Shown here one piece after another: positions 51,552 to 61,557 of a stretch of 64,000 nucleotides of DNA. This DNA comes from Candidatus Nealsonbacteria bacterium (lineage in GTDB: Bacteria; Patescibacteriota; Minisyncoccia; Minisyncoccales; MHMH01): assembly GCA_016188865.1 (NCBI GenBank), contig JACPGX010000005.1:9188-73187 (forward strand). Direction: 5' to 3'. Under the pieces are notes generated by a model. It did no database searches and was not told the DNA's origin. It worked only from the letters and a program-made list of their open reading frames with translations. A program made the position numbers and the translations under genes. The first letter of the stretch is position 1. The number at the start of each line of letters is the position of its first letter.

Positions 51552-53177
51552 ATGGAAAACGGAAAACCAGTTGTTGTTTCTTCTGCCTTCGAAGTAATGC
51601 TTGGCCAAAAATTTCACACTTACGCCGGCGGTTTGGGAGCAGTCCATGGCGCTATTTTAAAGTCAGCCGGCAGAAATGATTGGCCAGTTAATATGTATGG
51701 TTTGAGCATGCTTTGGAAAGATGGATACTATGATCAGAAAGTCGGGCCTAGCGGGATGATCACTGACGAGGATAAAATATATAAATCTCGCAGTTACGAT
51801 TTTTTGGAAGACACGGGCGTTAGGGTCCGGGTTATTATTGACGGCCACTCTAATATTATCAAAGTTTGGCGCTTGCCGCCCGAAGTTTTTAAAACAGTGC
51901 CGATATTTTTTCTAGATACCGACATCAGCGGGAACGATCATCTGGCAAGGTCGATAACTCAAAGACTTTATACTGGCAATGAAAGGCAAAGATTAGCCCA
52001 AGAAATTGTTAAAGGCATTGGTGGAGTAAGGGCGCTGGAGGCTTTAGGCATTAAACCTGATTTATACCACGGCCACGAATGCCATTCTTTGCTTATTGCC
52101 GCAGAGATTTTAAGGCAGAATATGGCTTTGGGGATGTCTTTTGAGGAAGCGCAAGAAGCGACCAGGCAAAAATTTGTCTTTGCAACTCATACGCCCGAAC
52201 TTGGCGGCAATGAGGAGCATGATATTGATTTAATGATTAAAATGGGCTGTTTCCCCGATATTCCTAGAGATAAACTCATAGGTTTAGGCGGTAATCCATT
52301 TAGTATGACGGTTGCCGGCTTACGGCTTGCTAAAAGAGCTAACGCTGTTTCAGAGCTTCATTGCCAAACGGCCAATGCCATGTGGCAGCATGTTGATGGC
52401 CGCTGTCAGATTGTTCCCGTAACCAACGGAGTTGATCTAGATTGGCAGTACCCGGAGTTTGCTAAAGCAGATTCGGCTGAGGCAATAATATTAGCTAAAG
52501 AAAAATACCAAACCATTCTCTTCAGGCATATTTTTAAGAGAACCGGTAAACAGCTCGACGAAAATATTTTAACCATAGTTTGGGCAAGAAGATTCGCTGA
52601 GTACAAAAGGCCATGGCTTATTTTTGACATGGATTGGCCTTGGATAGAAAAATTACTTAAAGAAAGAAAAATACAAATTATAATTGCTGGTAAGCCCCAT
52701 CCTAACGATCAGAAGGCGGTCAATACCTTTAATTGGCTCTACCGTAGAAGCCTTGATACGCCCGGTTTGGTTGTTTTGGCAGGGTATGAATACTGGTTGA
52801 GCAAGATTCTTAAGGCAGGAGCTGATCTTTGGTTTCAGTGTCCTCGCCGGCCGCGCGAAGCTTGCGGCACTTCCTGGATATCAGCCAACTTTAACGGGAC
52901 TTTGGTCCTCTTCAGTTTAGATGGCGGAATTTTACAAAGCGCCAACATGAAATACGGTTTTCCATTTGGCGTAGACTATAAATGCAGCTTCAGCGGTGAG
53001 CAGGATAAACTGGATTTTCAGGATTTAGTTAAGGTTCTGCCTAATCCCATAGATATGTTTTACAATGACAAGTCGCAATGGTATCAGTGGGTTTTGGCTG
53101 TTAAAAAAGATGCCGTGCAGAATTTCAATAGCGATAGGATGCTTAGAGATTATATTAATTCAATATATTTATCGTAA
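51552..53177 (+). CDS. glgP: Alpha-glucan phosphorylase family protein (GT35)
   Basis: TYAGGLGAVHGAILKSA, ARRFAEYKRP, EACGTSWISANFNGTLVLFSLDG. Confidence 0.8.
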   Translation: MENGKPVVVSSAFEVMLGQKFHTYAGGLGAVHGAILKSAGRNDWPVNMYGLSMLWKDGYYDQKVGPSGMITDEDKIYKSRSYDFLEDTGVRVRVIIDGHSNIIKVWRLPPEVFKTVPIFFLDTDISGNDHLARSITQRLYTGNERQRLAQEIVKGIGGVRALEALGIKPDLYHGHECHSLLIAAEILRQNMALGMSFEEAQEATRQKFVFATHTPELGGNEEHDIDLMIKMGCFPDIPRDKLIGLGGNPFSMTVAGLRLAKRANAVSELHCQTANAMWQHVDGRCQIVPVTNGVDLDWQYPEFAKADSAEAIILAKEKYQTILFRHIFKRTGKQLDENILTIVWARRFAEYKRPWLIFDMDWPWIEKLLKERKIQIIIAGKPHPNDQKAVNTFNWLYRRSLDTPGLVVLAGYEYWLSKILKAGADLWFQCPRRPREACGTSWISANFNGTLVLFSLDGGILQSANMKYGFPFGVDYKCSFSGEQDKLDFQDLVKVLPNPIDMFYNDKSQWYQWVLAVKKDAVQNFNSDRMLRDYINSIYLS

Positions 53178-53199
53178 AGAGGCGAAAGCCTCTTTTTAT
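53178..53199 (+). terminator. Intrinsic terminator after glgP
   Basis: AGAGGC-gaaa-GCCTCT followed by TTTT. Confidence 0.8.
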
Positions 53200-53208
53200 T
53201 TGACATTG

Positions 53209-53232
53209 CTTGCCCTGAGCCTGTCGAAGGGG
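53209..53232 (-). repeat. Dispersed GC-rich motif copy (reverse orientation, intergenic)
   Basis: CTTGCCCTGAGCCTGTCGAAGGGG is the reverse complement of CCCCTTCGACAGGCTCAGGGCAAG. It sits between TTGACA (53200) and TATAAT (53233), giving a 27-nt spacer. Confidence 0.7.
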
Positions 53233-53381
53233 TATAATATAATAACCTGCTCGTTCTAGTAGATTCTGGGACAAACTTTCTTTCAGGGAGCCTTATATCT
53301 TGTCTCGCTTTGGCGGGGCATTGCGGGCACCCACTTGGATTATCATCCGGAAAGAATTCTCTAGTTGGGGCAGGTTTTTAT

Positions 53382-54311
53382 ATGCTTTCTTCTTTAATCA
53401 TCATTCTCGGGCTAATTGTTTTTGAGGTAGTTAACAGCGTTGATAATGCGATTGTTAACGCCCATGTCCTCAAAACAATGTCGGTGAAGTGGCGCAAAAT
53501 TTTCCTTCTCTGGGGCATTTTTACTGCCGTGTTTGTGGTGAGAGGATTATTGCCATTAACCATTGTTTGGCTTTCAATGCCAGAAATAGGTTTTTGGAGA
53601 GTATTAAAATCGGTTATCCAAAGTCCTCCGGAAATCGCCAGACTTTTTGAGGAAAGGGAAGGAATAATTTTAATTGGAGCCGGAGTATTCTTACTTTTAC
53701 TGTATTTGCACTGGCTTTTTTTAGAGAAAAAAGACCCTTATTTCATTCCCGATAAATTGATAAAGCCTCATTACGGAATCTGGTTTTTCGCTTTAGCGGC
53801 AATAATTTTAGTGACATTGCTTTATTTAGCTCGCTCTTCTTTTCACATAATGCTGGCGGCCGCAATAGGCAACGCGGCTTTTTTCCTGCTTTACGGCTTC
53901 AAAGAGCAAGCGGCAAAACAGGAAGAAACAATAGGCCATGCCAAAACTCATCTTTCCGATTTTTCCAAATTAATGTTTCTGGAATTGCTCGATACTTCCT
54001 TCAGTTTTGACGGAGTAATGGGCGCTTTTGCTTTTACCACAAGCATACCTTTAATTTTTATTGGCAATGGCATTGGAGCTTTGGTGGTTAGGGAGCTGAC
54101 GATTAAGGGAATTGATAGAGTAGCGAAATATCGCTGGCTTAAAAATGGTGCCATGACTTCTATCGGGCTTCTTGGATTATTTTTGATTTTGAAAAGTTTT
54201 GGTTTGCACATCCCCGAATATATCCCAACTTTCTCCACTATTTTTTTGGTCGGCCTAACCTTTTGGAAATCCCACAGAGATTTAAAGAATAATAAAACAG
54301 CATCTTTATAA
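53382..54311 (+). CDS. DUF475/TerC-related integral membrane protein
   Basis: Start moved to ATG 53382. FEVVNSVDNAIVNAHVL and LELLDTSFSFDGVMGAFAFT. Confidence 0.7.
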   Translation: MLSSLIIILGLIVFEVVNSVDNAIVNAHVLKTMSVKWRKIFLLWGIFTAVFVVRGLLPLTIVWLSMPEIGFWRVLKSVIQSPPEIARLFEEREGIILIGAGVFLLLLYLHWLFLEKKDPYFIPDKLIKPHYGIWFFALAAIILVTLLYLARSSFHIMLAAAIGNAAFFLLYGFKEQAAKQEETIGHAKTHLSDFSKLMFLELLDTSFSFDGVMGAFAFTTSIPLIFIGNGIGALVVRELTIKGIDRVAKYRWLKNGAMTSIGLLGLFLILKSFGLHIPEYIPTFSTIFLVGLTFWKSHRDLKNNKTASL

Positions 54312-54327
54312 AAAAGATGCTGTTTTA
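54297..54327 (+). terminator. Intrinsic terminator
   Basis: ACAGCATCTTT-ataaa-AAAGATGCTGT followed by TTT. Overlaps the stop codon. Confidence 0.75.
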
Positions 54328-54330
54328 CAT

Positions 54331-54402
54331 TCGGGGCGCTGGGAGTTGAACCCAGGTCACAGGACCCCCAGCCCTGCATAATGGCCGTTATACTACGCCC
54401 CG
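54331..54402 (-). tRNA. tRNA-Pro (GGG)
   Basis: Minus strand: CGGGGCG..CAGGG-CTGGGGG-TCCTG..CTGGG-TTCAACT-CCCAG-CGCCCCG-A. C1-G72, A73 and G37 fit Pro. The D-arm pairing is unusual. Confidence 0.8.
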
Positions 54403-54422
54403 CCTTCGCTCGCGAATGAGTA

Positions 54423-54620
54423 TTATTTCTTTTTTGCCAGAGTTTTGATGCACTGAGTGCAAGCCTTAACTCTTTTACCGGATGCCAAAGCCATCCACTG
54501 AATGTTTGGGAATTTTCTTTTTTTAACGGTTGGATTGTATTTGCCGCGGAGTTTTTTTAGAGTCCAAGCCATTATTGATTTTTTTCCGCAAATTGCGCAT
54601 TGTTTACTCATGGTATGCAT
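54423..54620 (-). CDS. rpmB: 50S ribosomal protein L28
   Basis: MSKQCAICGKKSIMAWTLKKLRGKYNPTVKKRKFPNIQW. The true start may be the ATG at 54611. Confidence 0.85.
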   Translation of the reverse strand: MHTMSKQCAICGKKSIMAWTLKKLRGKYNPTVKKRKFPNIQWMALASGKRVKACTQCIKTLAKKK

Positions 54621-54637
54621 GATATCATAAAAGAATT

Positions 54638-55240
54638 ATGTTGACAATATTTGTCTTAATTATTTTATTTTTTTCAATTGTTATTCACGAGATAGCCCAT
54701 GGCTCGGTAGCTTTGCATTTGGGCGATCCCACAGCGAAGAATGCAGGCCGCCTTACCCTGAATCCGTTAAAACACATTGATTTGTTCGGAACAATTGTTT
54801 TGCCTTTAATGCTTTTATTTTTCACGCAAGGCCAAGGCCCTATTATCGGGTGGGCTAAGCCGGTGCCGATAAATCCTTTTAATTTCAGAGATCAAAAGTG
54901 GGGCGGACTGAAAGTCGGAGTAGCCGGTTGCGTTATGAACTTTTTGGTAGCTGTAATTTTTGGCTTAGCTGTCAGATTTTTACCATTGCCAAGCACTCTA
55001 GTCATGCTTTTTTCCATAGTCGTCCTTTATAATTTCGCTTGGGGAATTTTTAATTTATTCCCAGTGCCGCCATTTGACGGCTCGCACATTCTTTTTGCCT
55101 TGATTCCTGAAAAGTTCAGCCAATTCAAATTATTCCTGCAAAAATACGGCCTCTTTATCATATTTTTATTTATCTTCTTCGGCTTGCAGTGGGTCTTCAT
55201 CGCCGCCAATTTGCTAACCTCTCTCATTATCGGCCAGTAG
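54638..55240 (+). CDS. Site-2 protease family (M50) membrane metalloprotease
   Basis: VIHEIAHGSVA (HExxH), NPLKHIDLFGT, FNLFPVPPFDGSHI. Confidence 0.8.
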   Translation: MLTIFVLIILFFSIVIHEIAHGSVALHLGDPTAKNAGRLTLNPLKHIDLFGTIVLPLMLLFFTQGQGPIIGWAKPVPINPFNFRDQKWGGLKVGVAGCVMNFLVAVIFGLAVRFLPLPSTLVMLFSIVVLYNFAWGIFNLFPVPPFDGSHILFALIPEKFSQFKLFLQKYGLFIIFLFIFFGLQWVFIAANLLTSLIIGQ

Positions 55241-55248
55241 GCGGTTCA

Positions 55249-55277
55249 TTGACATATTTTTTGTTATTTGCTAAATT
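55249..55277 (+). promoter_or_regulatory. Putative promoter of the str operon (near-leaderless rpsL)
   Basis: TTGACA (55249-55254), 17 nt, TAAATT (55272-55277). The ATG lies 8 nt downstream with no SD. Confidence 0.45.
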
Positions 55278-55285
55278 AAGAATCG

Positions 55286-55696
55286 ATGCCTACAATACAG
55301 CAGTTAATTAAAAGAGGGAGAGTAAAGGGAAAAAAGAAAGACACAACGCCTGCCCTGACTTTTGGTTTTAATGTTTTGAAAAATAGGCCGACAGAATATT
55401 CTTCGCCTTTTAAAAGGGGAGTGTGCTTAAAAGTTTTTACTACCACTCCTAAAAAACCAAATTCTGCTTTGAGAAAAGTAGCGCGGGTTAGATTAACTAA
55501 CGGCATGGAGGTGACAGCTTATATCCCCGGGGAAGGCCATAATTTGCAGGAGCACTCGGTGGTGGTGATCAGGGGAGGAAGAGTTAAGGATTTGCCCGGA
55601 GTCAGATACCATATAGTAAGAGGAATGCTGGATACTGCAGGCATTGAAGGGAGAAAGCAGGAAAGAAGCAAATATGGAACAAAACGCGCTAAATAA
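55286..55696 (+). CDS. rpsL: 30S ribosomal protein S12
   Basis: [55 protein letters not shown]. Confidence 0.98.
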   Translation: MPTIQQLIKRGRVKGKKKDTTPALTFGFNVLKNRPTEYSSPFKRGVCLKVFTTTPKKPNSALRKVARVRLTNGMEVTAYIPGEGHNLQEHSVVVIRGGRVKDLPGVRYHIVRGMLDTAGIEGRKQERSKYGTKRAK

Positions 55697-55698
55697 TT

Positions 55699-56166
55699 AT
55701 GAGCAGACGCAAAAAAAGAGAAAATAGAAATATTCAGCCCGATACCGTTTATAACAACGTGATGGTTTCCATATTGATGAACCATATCATGGAACGGGGC
55801 AAGAAAAATACAGCCAGGAAAATTGTCTACGGCGCTTTTGACATTATTAAAAAGACCAATCAAGATCCCCTGGATATTTTTAATAAAGCAATCCAAAATA
55901 CTTCGCCTTTATTGGAAATAAAGCCCAAAAGAATCGGCGGAGCCACCTATCAGGTGCCTACGGAGGTTAGGGGGGACAGGAAAACAACCCTATCAATGAG
56001 GTGGATAATTAATGCTGCCAGATCCAAAAAAGGTAAACCGATGAAAAGTAAACTAGCTGAAGAATTGATGCTGGCCGCCAAAAATGAAGGGTCAGCAATT
56101 AAAAAGAGAGACGACGTCCACAGAATGGCCGAAGCAAATAGAGCATTTGCTCATTTTGCCTGGTAG
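55699..56166 (+). CDS. rpsG: 30S ribosomal protein S7
   Basis: [29 protein letters not shown]. Confidence 0.98.
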   Translation: MSRRKKRENRNIQPDTVYNNVMVSILMNHIMERGKKNTARKIVYGAFDIIKKTNQDPLDIFNKAIQNTSPLLEIKPKRIGGATYQVPTEVRGDRKTTLSMRWIINAARSKKGKPMKSKLAEELMLAAKNEGSAIKKRDDVHRMAEANRAFAHFAW

Positions 56167-56171
56167 GTGTT

Positions 56172-58277
56172 ATGCCCAGACAGTACCCAATTGAAAAAAT
56201 TCGTAATATTGGAATTATTGCCCATATTGACGCCGGTAAAACTACTACTACCGAGCGAGTTTTATTTTACACCGGCATCACCCACAAGATTGGCGACATT
56301 GATGAGGGAACAACCGTGATGGACTGGATGGAACAGGAGAGAGAAAGAGGAATTACCATTACTTCTGCAGCTATCACTTGTTTTTGGACTCCGTTGGGCC
56401 TTCCTAAAAATAAAGAGAATGAATATCGGTTTAACATAATTGATACTCCCGGCCACATTGATTTTACCGCTGAAGTGCAAAGATCTTTGAGGGTTTTGGA
56501 CGGAGCTGTTGTTGTTTTTGATGGAGTAGCTGGCGTAGAACCCCAATCGGAAACAGTTTGGCGGCAGGCAGATAAATTTAAAGTTCCAAGAATATGTTTT
56601 ATTAATAAATTAGATAGGATGGGGGCTGATTTTGAAAAAAGCTTGGAATCAATTTGGCAAAAACTCACCCAAGGAGCCGTAGCCATGCAAATTCCCATTG
56701 GTCTTGAGGGCGAACATAAAGGAGTAATTGATTTGCTGGCGATGAAAGCTATAAAATTTGAAGGAGATTTTGGCCAAATAGTGAAAGAAGAAGAAATTCC
56801 TCAAGATTTGCTGGCAAAAGCCAAAGAGTGGCGGGAGAAAATGGTGGAAAAAATCGCCGGCGAAGATGAGCAGCTCACCGAAAAATTTTTATCCGGGAAA
56901 GAAATTAACATTGATGATTTAAAGAGAGTTTTGAGAAAAGCAGTTTTGGAATATAGATTGGTGCCGGTGTTTTGCGGCTCTTCTTTGAAAAATAAAGGAG
57001 TTCAGCCTGTTTTGGATGCAGTGGTATATTATTTGCCAAATCCGCTTGATCTTCCGCCGGTAAAAGGCCAAGATCCTAGAACCGGCGAATCTCTTGAAAG
57101 AAAAGCTGATGACAAAGAACCTTTTTCCGCATTAGCTTTTAAAATAGCCACAGACCCCTATGTTGGAGCTTTAACTTTTTTCCGCGTTTATTCCGGAACG
57201 CTGCTAAGAGGTTCTTATGTTTTGAATACTGCCACTGGCGAGAAAGAAAGAATCAGCCGAATTTTAAGGATGCACGCCAATGAAAGAGAAGAGGTGGAAG
57301 AACTTTATGCCGGCGATATTGCAGCTACCGTAGGTTTAAAAAGTACTGGCACTGGCCACACTTTATGCGACGAAGCTCATCCCATTGTTTTAGAAAAGAT
57401 TTCATTTCCAGAGCCTGTCATTTCTATCAAAATTGAACCTAAAACTAAAGCCGACCAGGAAAGAATGGGGCTATCCCTGAAGAGATTGTCAGAAGAAGAC
57501 CCGACTTTTAAAATAAAAAGCGATTTAGAAACAGGAGAAACTCTTATTGCCGGCATGGGCGAACTTCATTTGGAGATTCTCGTTGATAGATTGAAGAGAG
57601 AATTTAAAGTTGAAGCAAATGTAGGCAGGCCTCAAGTCGCCTATAAAGAAACAATTAAGCAAGAAGCTGAAGCTGAAGGCAAATATATCAGGCAGTCGGG
57701 CGGCCGCGGGCAATACGGCCACGTTTGGCTGAGAGTTGTTCCTAAAAACCGCGGGGAAGGTTTTGAGTTTATAGATGAAGTCAAAGGAGGCACTATTCCG
57801 CATGAATTTATTCCAGCCGTAGAAAAAGGCATAAAAGAATCTCTGGACAAGGGAGTAGTTGCGGGCTATCCTATAGTTGATATGTCAGCCACTCTTTATG
57901 ACGGTTCTTATCACGAGGTTGATTCTTCAGAGGTGGCTTTTAAAATCGCCGGCTCCATGGCTTTGCAGGCAGCTGTTAAAAAAGCAAAACCAATTTTATT
58001 GGAACCGATTATGAAAATAGAGGTAGTAATTCCCGAAGAATTTTTTGGAGATACCATTGGCGATTTGTCTGCCAGAAGGGGCAAGATCGAACAGACATCT
58101 GACAGAATCAACATGAAAGTAATTGACGCCAAAGTACCCTTATCAGAAATGTTCGGTTATGCCACCGTTTTGAGATCAATGACTGAAGGCCGAGGCACAT
58201 TTACCATGGAGTTTGATAAATATGAGGAAGTGCCCGGAAATATCGCTCAGGAAATAATAGAAGGGAAACGACGGTAA
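56172..58277 (+). CDS. fusA: Elongation factor G
   Basis: [32 protein letters not shown]. 701 aa. Confidence 0.98.
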   Translation: MPRQYPIEKIRNIGIIAHIDAGKTTTTERVLFYTGITHKIGDIDEGTTVMDWMEQERERGITITSAAITCFWTPLGLPKNKENEYRFNIIDTPGHIDFTAEVQRSLRVLDGAVVVFDGVAGVEPQSETVWRQADKFKVPRICFINKLDRMGADFEKSLESIWQKLTQGAVAMQIPIGLEGEHKGVIDLLAMKAIKFEGDFGQIVKEEEIPQDLLAKAKEWREKMVEKIAGEDEQLTEKFLSGKEINIDDLKRVLRKAVLEYRLVPVFCGSSLKNKGVQPVLDAVVYYLPNPLDLPPVKGQDPRTGESLERKADDKEPFSALAFKIATDPYVGALTFFRVYSGTLLRGSYVLNTATGEKERISRILRMHANEREEVEELYAGDIAATVGLKSTGTGHTLCDEAHPIVLEKISFPEPVISIKIEPKTKADQERMGLSLKRLSEEDPTFKIKSDLETGETLIAGMGELHLEILVDRLKREFKVEANVGRPQVAYKETIKQEAEAEGKYIRQSGGRGQYGHVWLRVVPKNRGEGFEFIDEVKGGTIPHEFIPAVEKGIKESLDKGVVAGYPIVDMSATLYDGSYHEVDSSEVAFKIAGSMALQAAVKKAKPILLEPIMKIEVVIPEEFFGDTIGDLSARRGKIEQTSDRINMKVIDAKVPLSEMFGYATVLRSMTEGRGTFTMEFDKYEEVPGNIAQEIIEGKRR

Positions 58278-58282
58278 AACGA

Positions 58283-58339
58283 ATATTTGGGAGGTCCGAC
58301 CTCCCGACAAATATGACGGGAGGTCGGACCTCCTAATAT
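58283..58339. repeat. Two adjacent, mutually reverse-complementary hairpins with G-TCCGA-C / G-TCGGA-C apexes
   Basis: ATATTTGGGAGGTCCGACCTCCCgacAAATAT and ATATgacGGGAGGTCGGACCTCCtaATAT, directly after the fusA stop. No T-tract. Confidence 0.8.
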
Positions 58340-58356
58340 CGAGAAATCACTTGCTT

Positions 58357-58575
58357 ATGGACATAAACGAAATCAAAAATTTAATAGAAATTGATGGGGG
58401 CAAATTTATCATTGTGGAAAACGGCAAGCCGACGATGGTAGTCACCAGCTTTGAAGACTATAAAAAGAAACTGGTTGAGAAAAGAAATAATCCTGTCAGC
58501 GCTAAAAGAGAAGAAAAACCCATTCCCAAGGAATTAGAATCAGAACCATTGAGGCTTGAAGACTTGCCATTGTAG
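58357..58575 (+). CDS. Small Phd/YefM-like protein (tentative) between fusA and tuf
   Basis: MDINEIKNLIEIDGGKFIIVENGKPTMVVTSFEDYKKL resembles the antitoxin N-terminal fold pattern. Acidic tail. No toxin partner. Confidence 0.45.
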   Translation: MDINEIKNLIEIDGGKFIIVENGKPTMVVTSFEDYKKKLVEKRNNPVSAKREEKPIPKELESEPLRLEDLPL

Positions 58576-58664
58576 TTTTTGACTATTGACAAATTTTTCA
58601 ATTTGAATAAAATAGGAATTAGCGTTTATAAACTAAAATAATAATTAATAAATAATAAAAAATT

Positions 58665-59864
58665 ATGGCGGAAAAAGAAAAATTCGAAAGGGGAAAGCCC
58701 CACGTTAATGTAGGCACGATCGGCCACGTCGACCACGGCAAAACTACGCTTACTGCCTCAATTCTTCATGTTTTAAACTTGAAGGGTTTTAGAGCTACCG
58801 AGAGAAGCGTTGACCAAATTGATTCTGCTCCCGAAGAAAAAGCTAGAGGTTTGACTATTTCTATTTCTCACTTGGAGTATGAGTCAGATAAAAGGCACTA
58901 TGCTCATATCGATTGCCCGGGGCACGCTGATTATATTAAAAATATGATTACCGGAGCCGCCCAAATGGATGGAGCCATTTTGGTAGTTTCAGCTCCAGAC
59001 GGCCCTATGCCTCAAACCAGAGAGCATATTCTTCTGGCCAGACAAGTGGGATTGCCTTCTATAGTTGTTTTCTTGAATAAATGCGATGCTGTTGACGATC
59101 CGGAAATTATCGACTTGGTTGAATCAGAAGTGAGAGAACTTTTGAATAAATATAAGTTCCCTGGAGATACCACGCCGATTATCAGGGGTTCGGCTTTGAA
59201 GGCCCTTGATGCAAAATCAGCTGACGATGAAGCGGCAAAGCCGATTCTCGAGTTAGTTAAAACTTTAGATGAATATATTCCAGAGCCAGTTAGAGAAATT
59301 GCCAAGCCGTTTTTAATGGCCATTGAAGACGTTTTTTCAATAGAAGGCCGCGGCACAGTTGCCACGGGCAGAATTGAAAGAGGCGTTATAAAACCGAACG
59401 AAGAAGTTGAGTTAGTCGGCATTAAACCGACCGGCAAAACAGCCGCAGTAAGCATTGAAATGTTCCAAAGGATATTAGATGAGGGAAGGGCAGGCGATAA
59501 TGTTGGCATTCTTTTAAGAGGATTGAAGAAAGAAGATGTTGAGAGAGGGCAGGTTTTAGCAAAGCCGAGCTCTATCACTCCGCACACTGAATTTGATGGT
59601 GAGGTTTATATCCTAGCTAAAGAAGAAGGCGGCCGTCATACTCCATTCTTCCCCGGATACAAACCGCAGTTTTACATTAGAACGACCGATGTGACAGGAG
59701 AAGTAACTTTGCCGGAGGGTACGGAAATGGTTATGCCGGGAGACACCGTTAATCTGAAAATCAAGCTTATTGCCCCGGTAGCTCTGGAAGAGCAGCAAAG
59801 ATTCGCTATCAGGGAAGGCGGCAAAACCGTTGGCGCAGGCGTTGTTACCAAAATATTAAAATAA
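58665..59864 (+). CDS. tuf: Elongation factor Tu
   Basis: [33 protein letters not shown]. 399 aa. Confidence 0.99.
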   Translation: MAEKEKFERGKPHVNVGTIGHVDHGKTTLTASILHVLNLKGFRATERSVDQIDSAPEEKARGLTISISHLEYESDKRHYAHIDCPGHADYIKNMITGAAQMDGAILVVSAPDGPMPQTREHILLARQVGLPSIVVFLNKCDAVDDPEIIDLVESEVRELLNKYKFPGDTTPIIRGSALKALDAKSADDEAAKPILELVKTLDEYIPEPVREIAKPFLMAIEDVFSIEGRGTVATGRIERGVIKPNEEVELVGIKPTGKTAAVSIEMFQRILDEGRAGDNVGILLRGLKKEDVERGQVLAKPSSITPHTEFDGEVYILAKEEGGRHTPFFPGYKPQFYIRTTDVTGEVTLPEGTEMVMPGDTVNLKIKLIAPVALEEQQRFAIREGGKTVGAGVVTKILK

Positions 59865-60197
59865 ATGGCCAAACCAGAAGCAGCACCAGAAATAAAGTCC
59901 AAGCTTCGCATTAAGCTTAGGGCTTACGATCACAAAGTTATTGATAAGTCGGCTCGCGAGATTTGCGAGACTGCCTTGCGCTATGGTGCTGAAGTTTCTG
60001 GTCCCGTGCCATTGCCTACAGAAACCAACAAGTACACGGTTAACAGGTCAAGCTTCATTCATAAGGACGCCAGAGAACAATTTGAAATGAGAGTTCACAA
60101 GCGTTTGATTGATATTTTGAATCCCAACCCCAGAGTGATCGATGCTTTAATGAGTCTTACTCTTCCGTCGGGCGTTGACATCGAAATAAAAATGTAA
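59865..60197 (+). CDS. rpsJ: 30S ribosomal protein S10
   Basis: [48 protein letters not shown]. Starts immediately after the tuf stop. Confidence 0.97.
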   Translation: MAKPEAAPEIKSKLRIKLRAYDHKVIDKSAREICETALRYGAEVSGPVPLPTETNKYTVNRSSFIHKDAREQFEMRVHKRLIDILNPNPRVIDALMSLTLPSGVDIEIKM

Positions 60198-60203
60198 CTC
60201 ATC

Positions 60204-60228
60204 AAAGACTCCCGCAAGGGAGTTTTTG
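60204..60228 (+). terminator. Intrinsic terminator after rpsJ
   Basis: (G)ACTCCC-gcaa-GGGAGT(T) followed by TTTT. Confidence 0.75.
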
Positions 60229-60238
60229 ATTATAGGTG

Positions 60239-60266
60239 TTGACACAAAATTTAGCATGTGTATAAT
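60239..60266 (+). promoter_or_regulatory. Putative promoter for rplC and downstream genes
   Basis: TTGACA (60239-60244), 16 nt, TATAAT (60261-60266). Confidence 0.6.
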
Positions 60267-60342
60267 GGAGACTATGAGTAGTATACTATCTATTTGGTAC
60301 GTCTTATGACGGAAAAATAGAACAAGTACTAACCAATCATTC

Positions 60343-60366
60343 GCGGGGTTAGTGCCCCGTCTTTTT
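60343..60366 (+). promoter_or_regulatory. Terminator/attenuator-like hairpin abutting the rplC start codon
   Basis: (G)CGGGG-ttagtg-CCCCG(T)-CTTTTT ends 1 nt before ATG 60367. No SD is visible. Confidence 0.5.
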
Positions 60367-60906
60367 ATGAAATTTATTTTGGGACAAAAATTAAAAATGT
60401 CGCAGATATTCGATGAAAAGGGGAATGTGGTCCCCGTAACTTTAGTTGAGGCAGGTCCTTGTTCTGTTACGCAAGTAAAGACCAAAGAAAAAGATGGTTA
60501 TGAGGCTATGCAGATTGAGTATAAAAAGAAAAGAAGAGAAAGCCCGGCTTGGGGAGGAAATGTTGGCGACATTATTGACGTTTCTATTTTCCATGAAGGC
60601 GACAAGGTTAAAGTTTCTGGAATTTCTAAGGGTAAGGGTTTTACGGGCGCAGTAAAAAAATGGGGGTTTAAGGGCAGGTTGTCTGCAACCCACGGAACCA
60701 AGCACGAGCTTCGAACGCTTGGTTCAACCGGCAGTTCCCAGCCCGATAGATTAAGAAAAGGCAGAAAAATGGCTGGCCGCATGGGAGCAGAAAGAGTGAC
60801 GGTTAAGAATTTAAAAATCGCTAAAGTTGATAAGGAGAAAAATTTATTGATGTTAAAAGGAGCAGTTCCCGGCCCCAGAGGAACTTTGCTGGAGATACGA
60901 GGGTAA
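60367..60906 (+). CDS. rplC: 50S ribosomal protein L3
   Basis: Start at MKFILGQKLKMSQIFDEKGNVVPVTLVE. GKGFTGAVKKWGF..GRMG. Confidence 0.95.
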   Translation: MKFILGQKLKMSQIFDEKGNVVPVTLVEAGPCSVTQVKTKEKDGYEAMQIEYKKKRRESPAWGGNVGDIIDVSIFHEGDKVKVSGISKGKGFTGAVKKWGFKGRLSATHGTKHELRTLGSTGSSQPDRLRKGRKMAGRMGAERVTVKNLKIAKVDKEKNLLMLKGAVPGPRGTLLEIRG

Positions 60907-60908
60907 TT

Positions 60909-61553
60909 ATGTTAATTAAAACTTACGATCAAACAGGCAAGGAGTTAAGTCAAACGCGTTTGCCCGCAGAAGTTTTTGGAATAGAAATAAATCAGGATTT
61001 AGTATATCAGGTAGTTGTATCGCAGGCTGCTAATCGCAGGCAGGTTTCAGCTCATACCAAGCAAAGAGGAGAGGTTTCTGGGGGAGGTAAAAAACCCTGG
61101 CGCCAGAAAGGCACGGGCAGGGCAAGGCATGGTTCTATTAGGTCTCCTTTGTGGCGAGGCGGCGGAGTGGTTTTTGGCCCGAGAAAAGAAGAAGTTTATA
61201 AAAGGAAAATTAATCAAAAAATGAGAAGAAAAGCCTTATTTATGGTTTTGTCGGAAAAGGCAAAAAATAATTCGTTAATAATTTTAGATGAATTAAAATT
61301 AGAAACAGTCAAGACTAAGTTTTTAGCTAAATTAATTGAAAATTGGAAATTGAAAATTGAAAATTTTAAGGACGGGTCTTTATTGATTGCTTTGCCGGTA
61401 ATTGATAAAAATGTGATTTTAGCTGCCAGAAATTTACCCAGAATTGAAGTTATGCAGGCAAAAGACTTGAATGTTTTAGATTTACTGAATTTTAAATACT
61501 TGTTAATGCCGAAAGATTCTATCAAAGTAATAAAAGAAACTTTCATTAATTAA
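60909..61553 (+). CDS. rplD: 50S ribosomal protein L4
   Basis: VSGGGKKPWRQKGTGRARHGSIRSPLWRGGGVVFGP. Confidence 0.97.
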   Translation: MLIKTYDQTGKELSQTRLPAEVFGIEINQDLVYQVVVSQAANRRQVSAHTKQRGEVSGGGKKPWRQKGTGRARHGSIRSPLWRGGGVVFGPRKEEVYKRKINQKMRRKALFMVLSEKAKNNSLIILDELKLETVKTKFLAKLIENWKLKIENFKDGSLLIALPVIDKNVILAARNLPRIEVMQAKDLNVLDLLNFKYLLMPKDSIKVIKETFIN

Positions 61554-61557
61554 TATT

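Noticed and set aside
53239-53381. Possible yybP-ykoY (Mn2+) riboswitch in the ~145-nt leader of the DUF475/TerC-related gene.
   Set aside because: TerC-family genes are classic targets, but I could not find the conserved GGGGAGUAG and UUGACAUA loops in the required 5'-to-3' order. A UUGACAU lies upstream at 53199 and only CUAGUAG-like strings lie downstream. This needs an Infernal scan before any claim.
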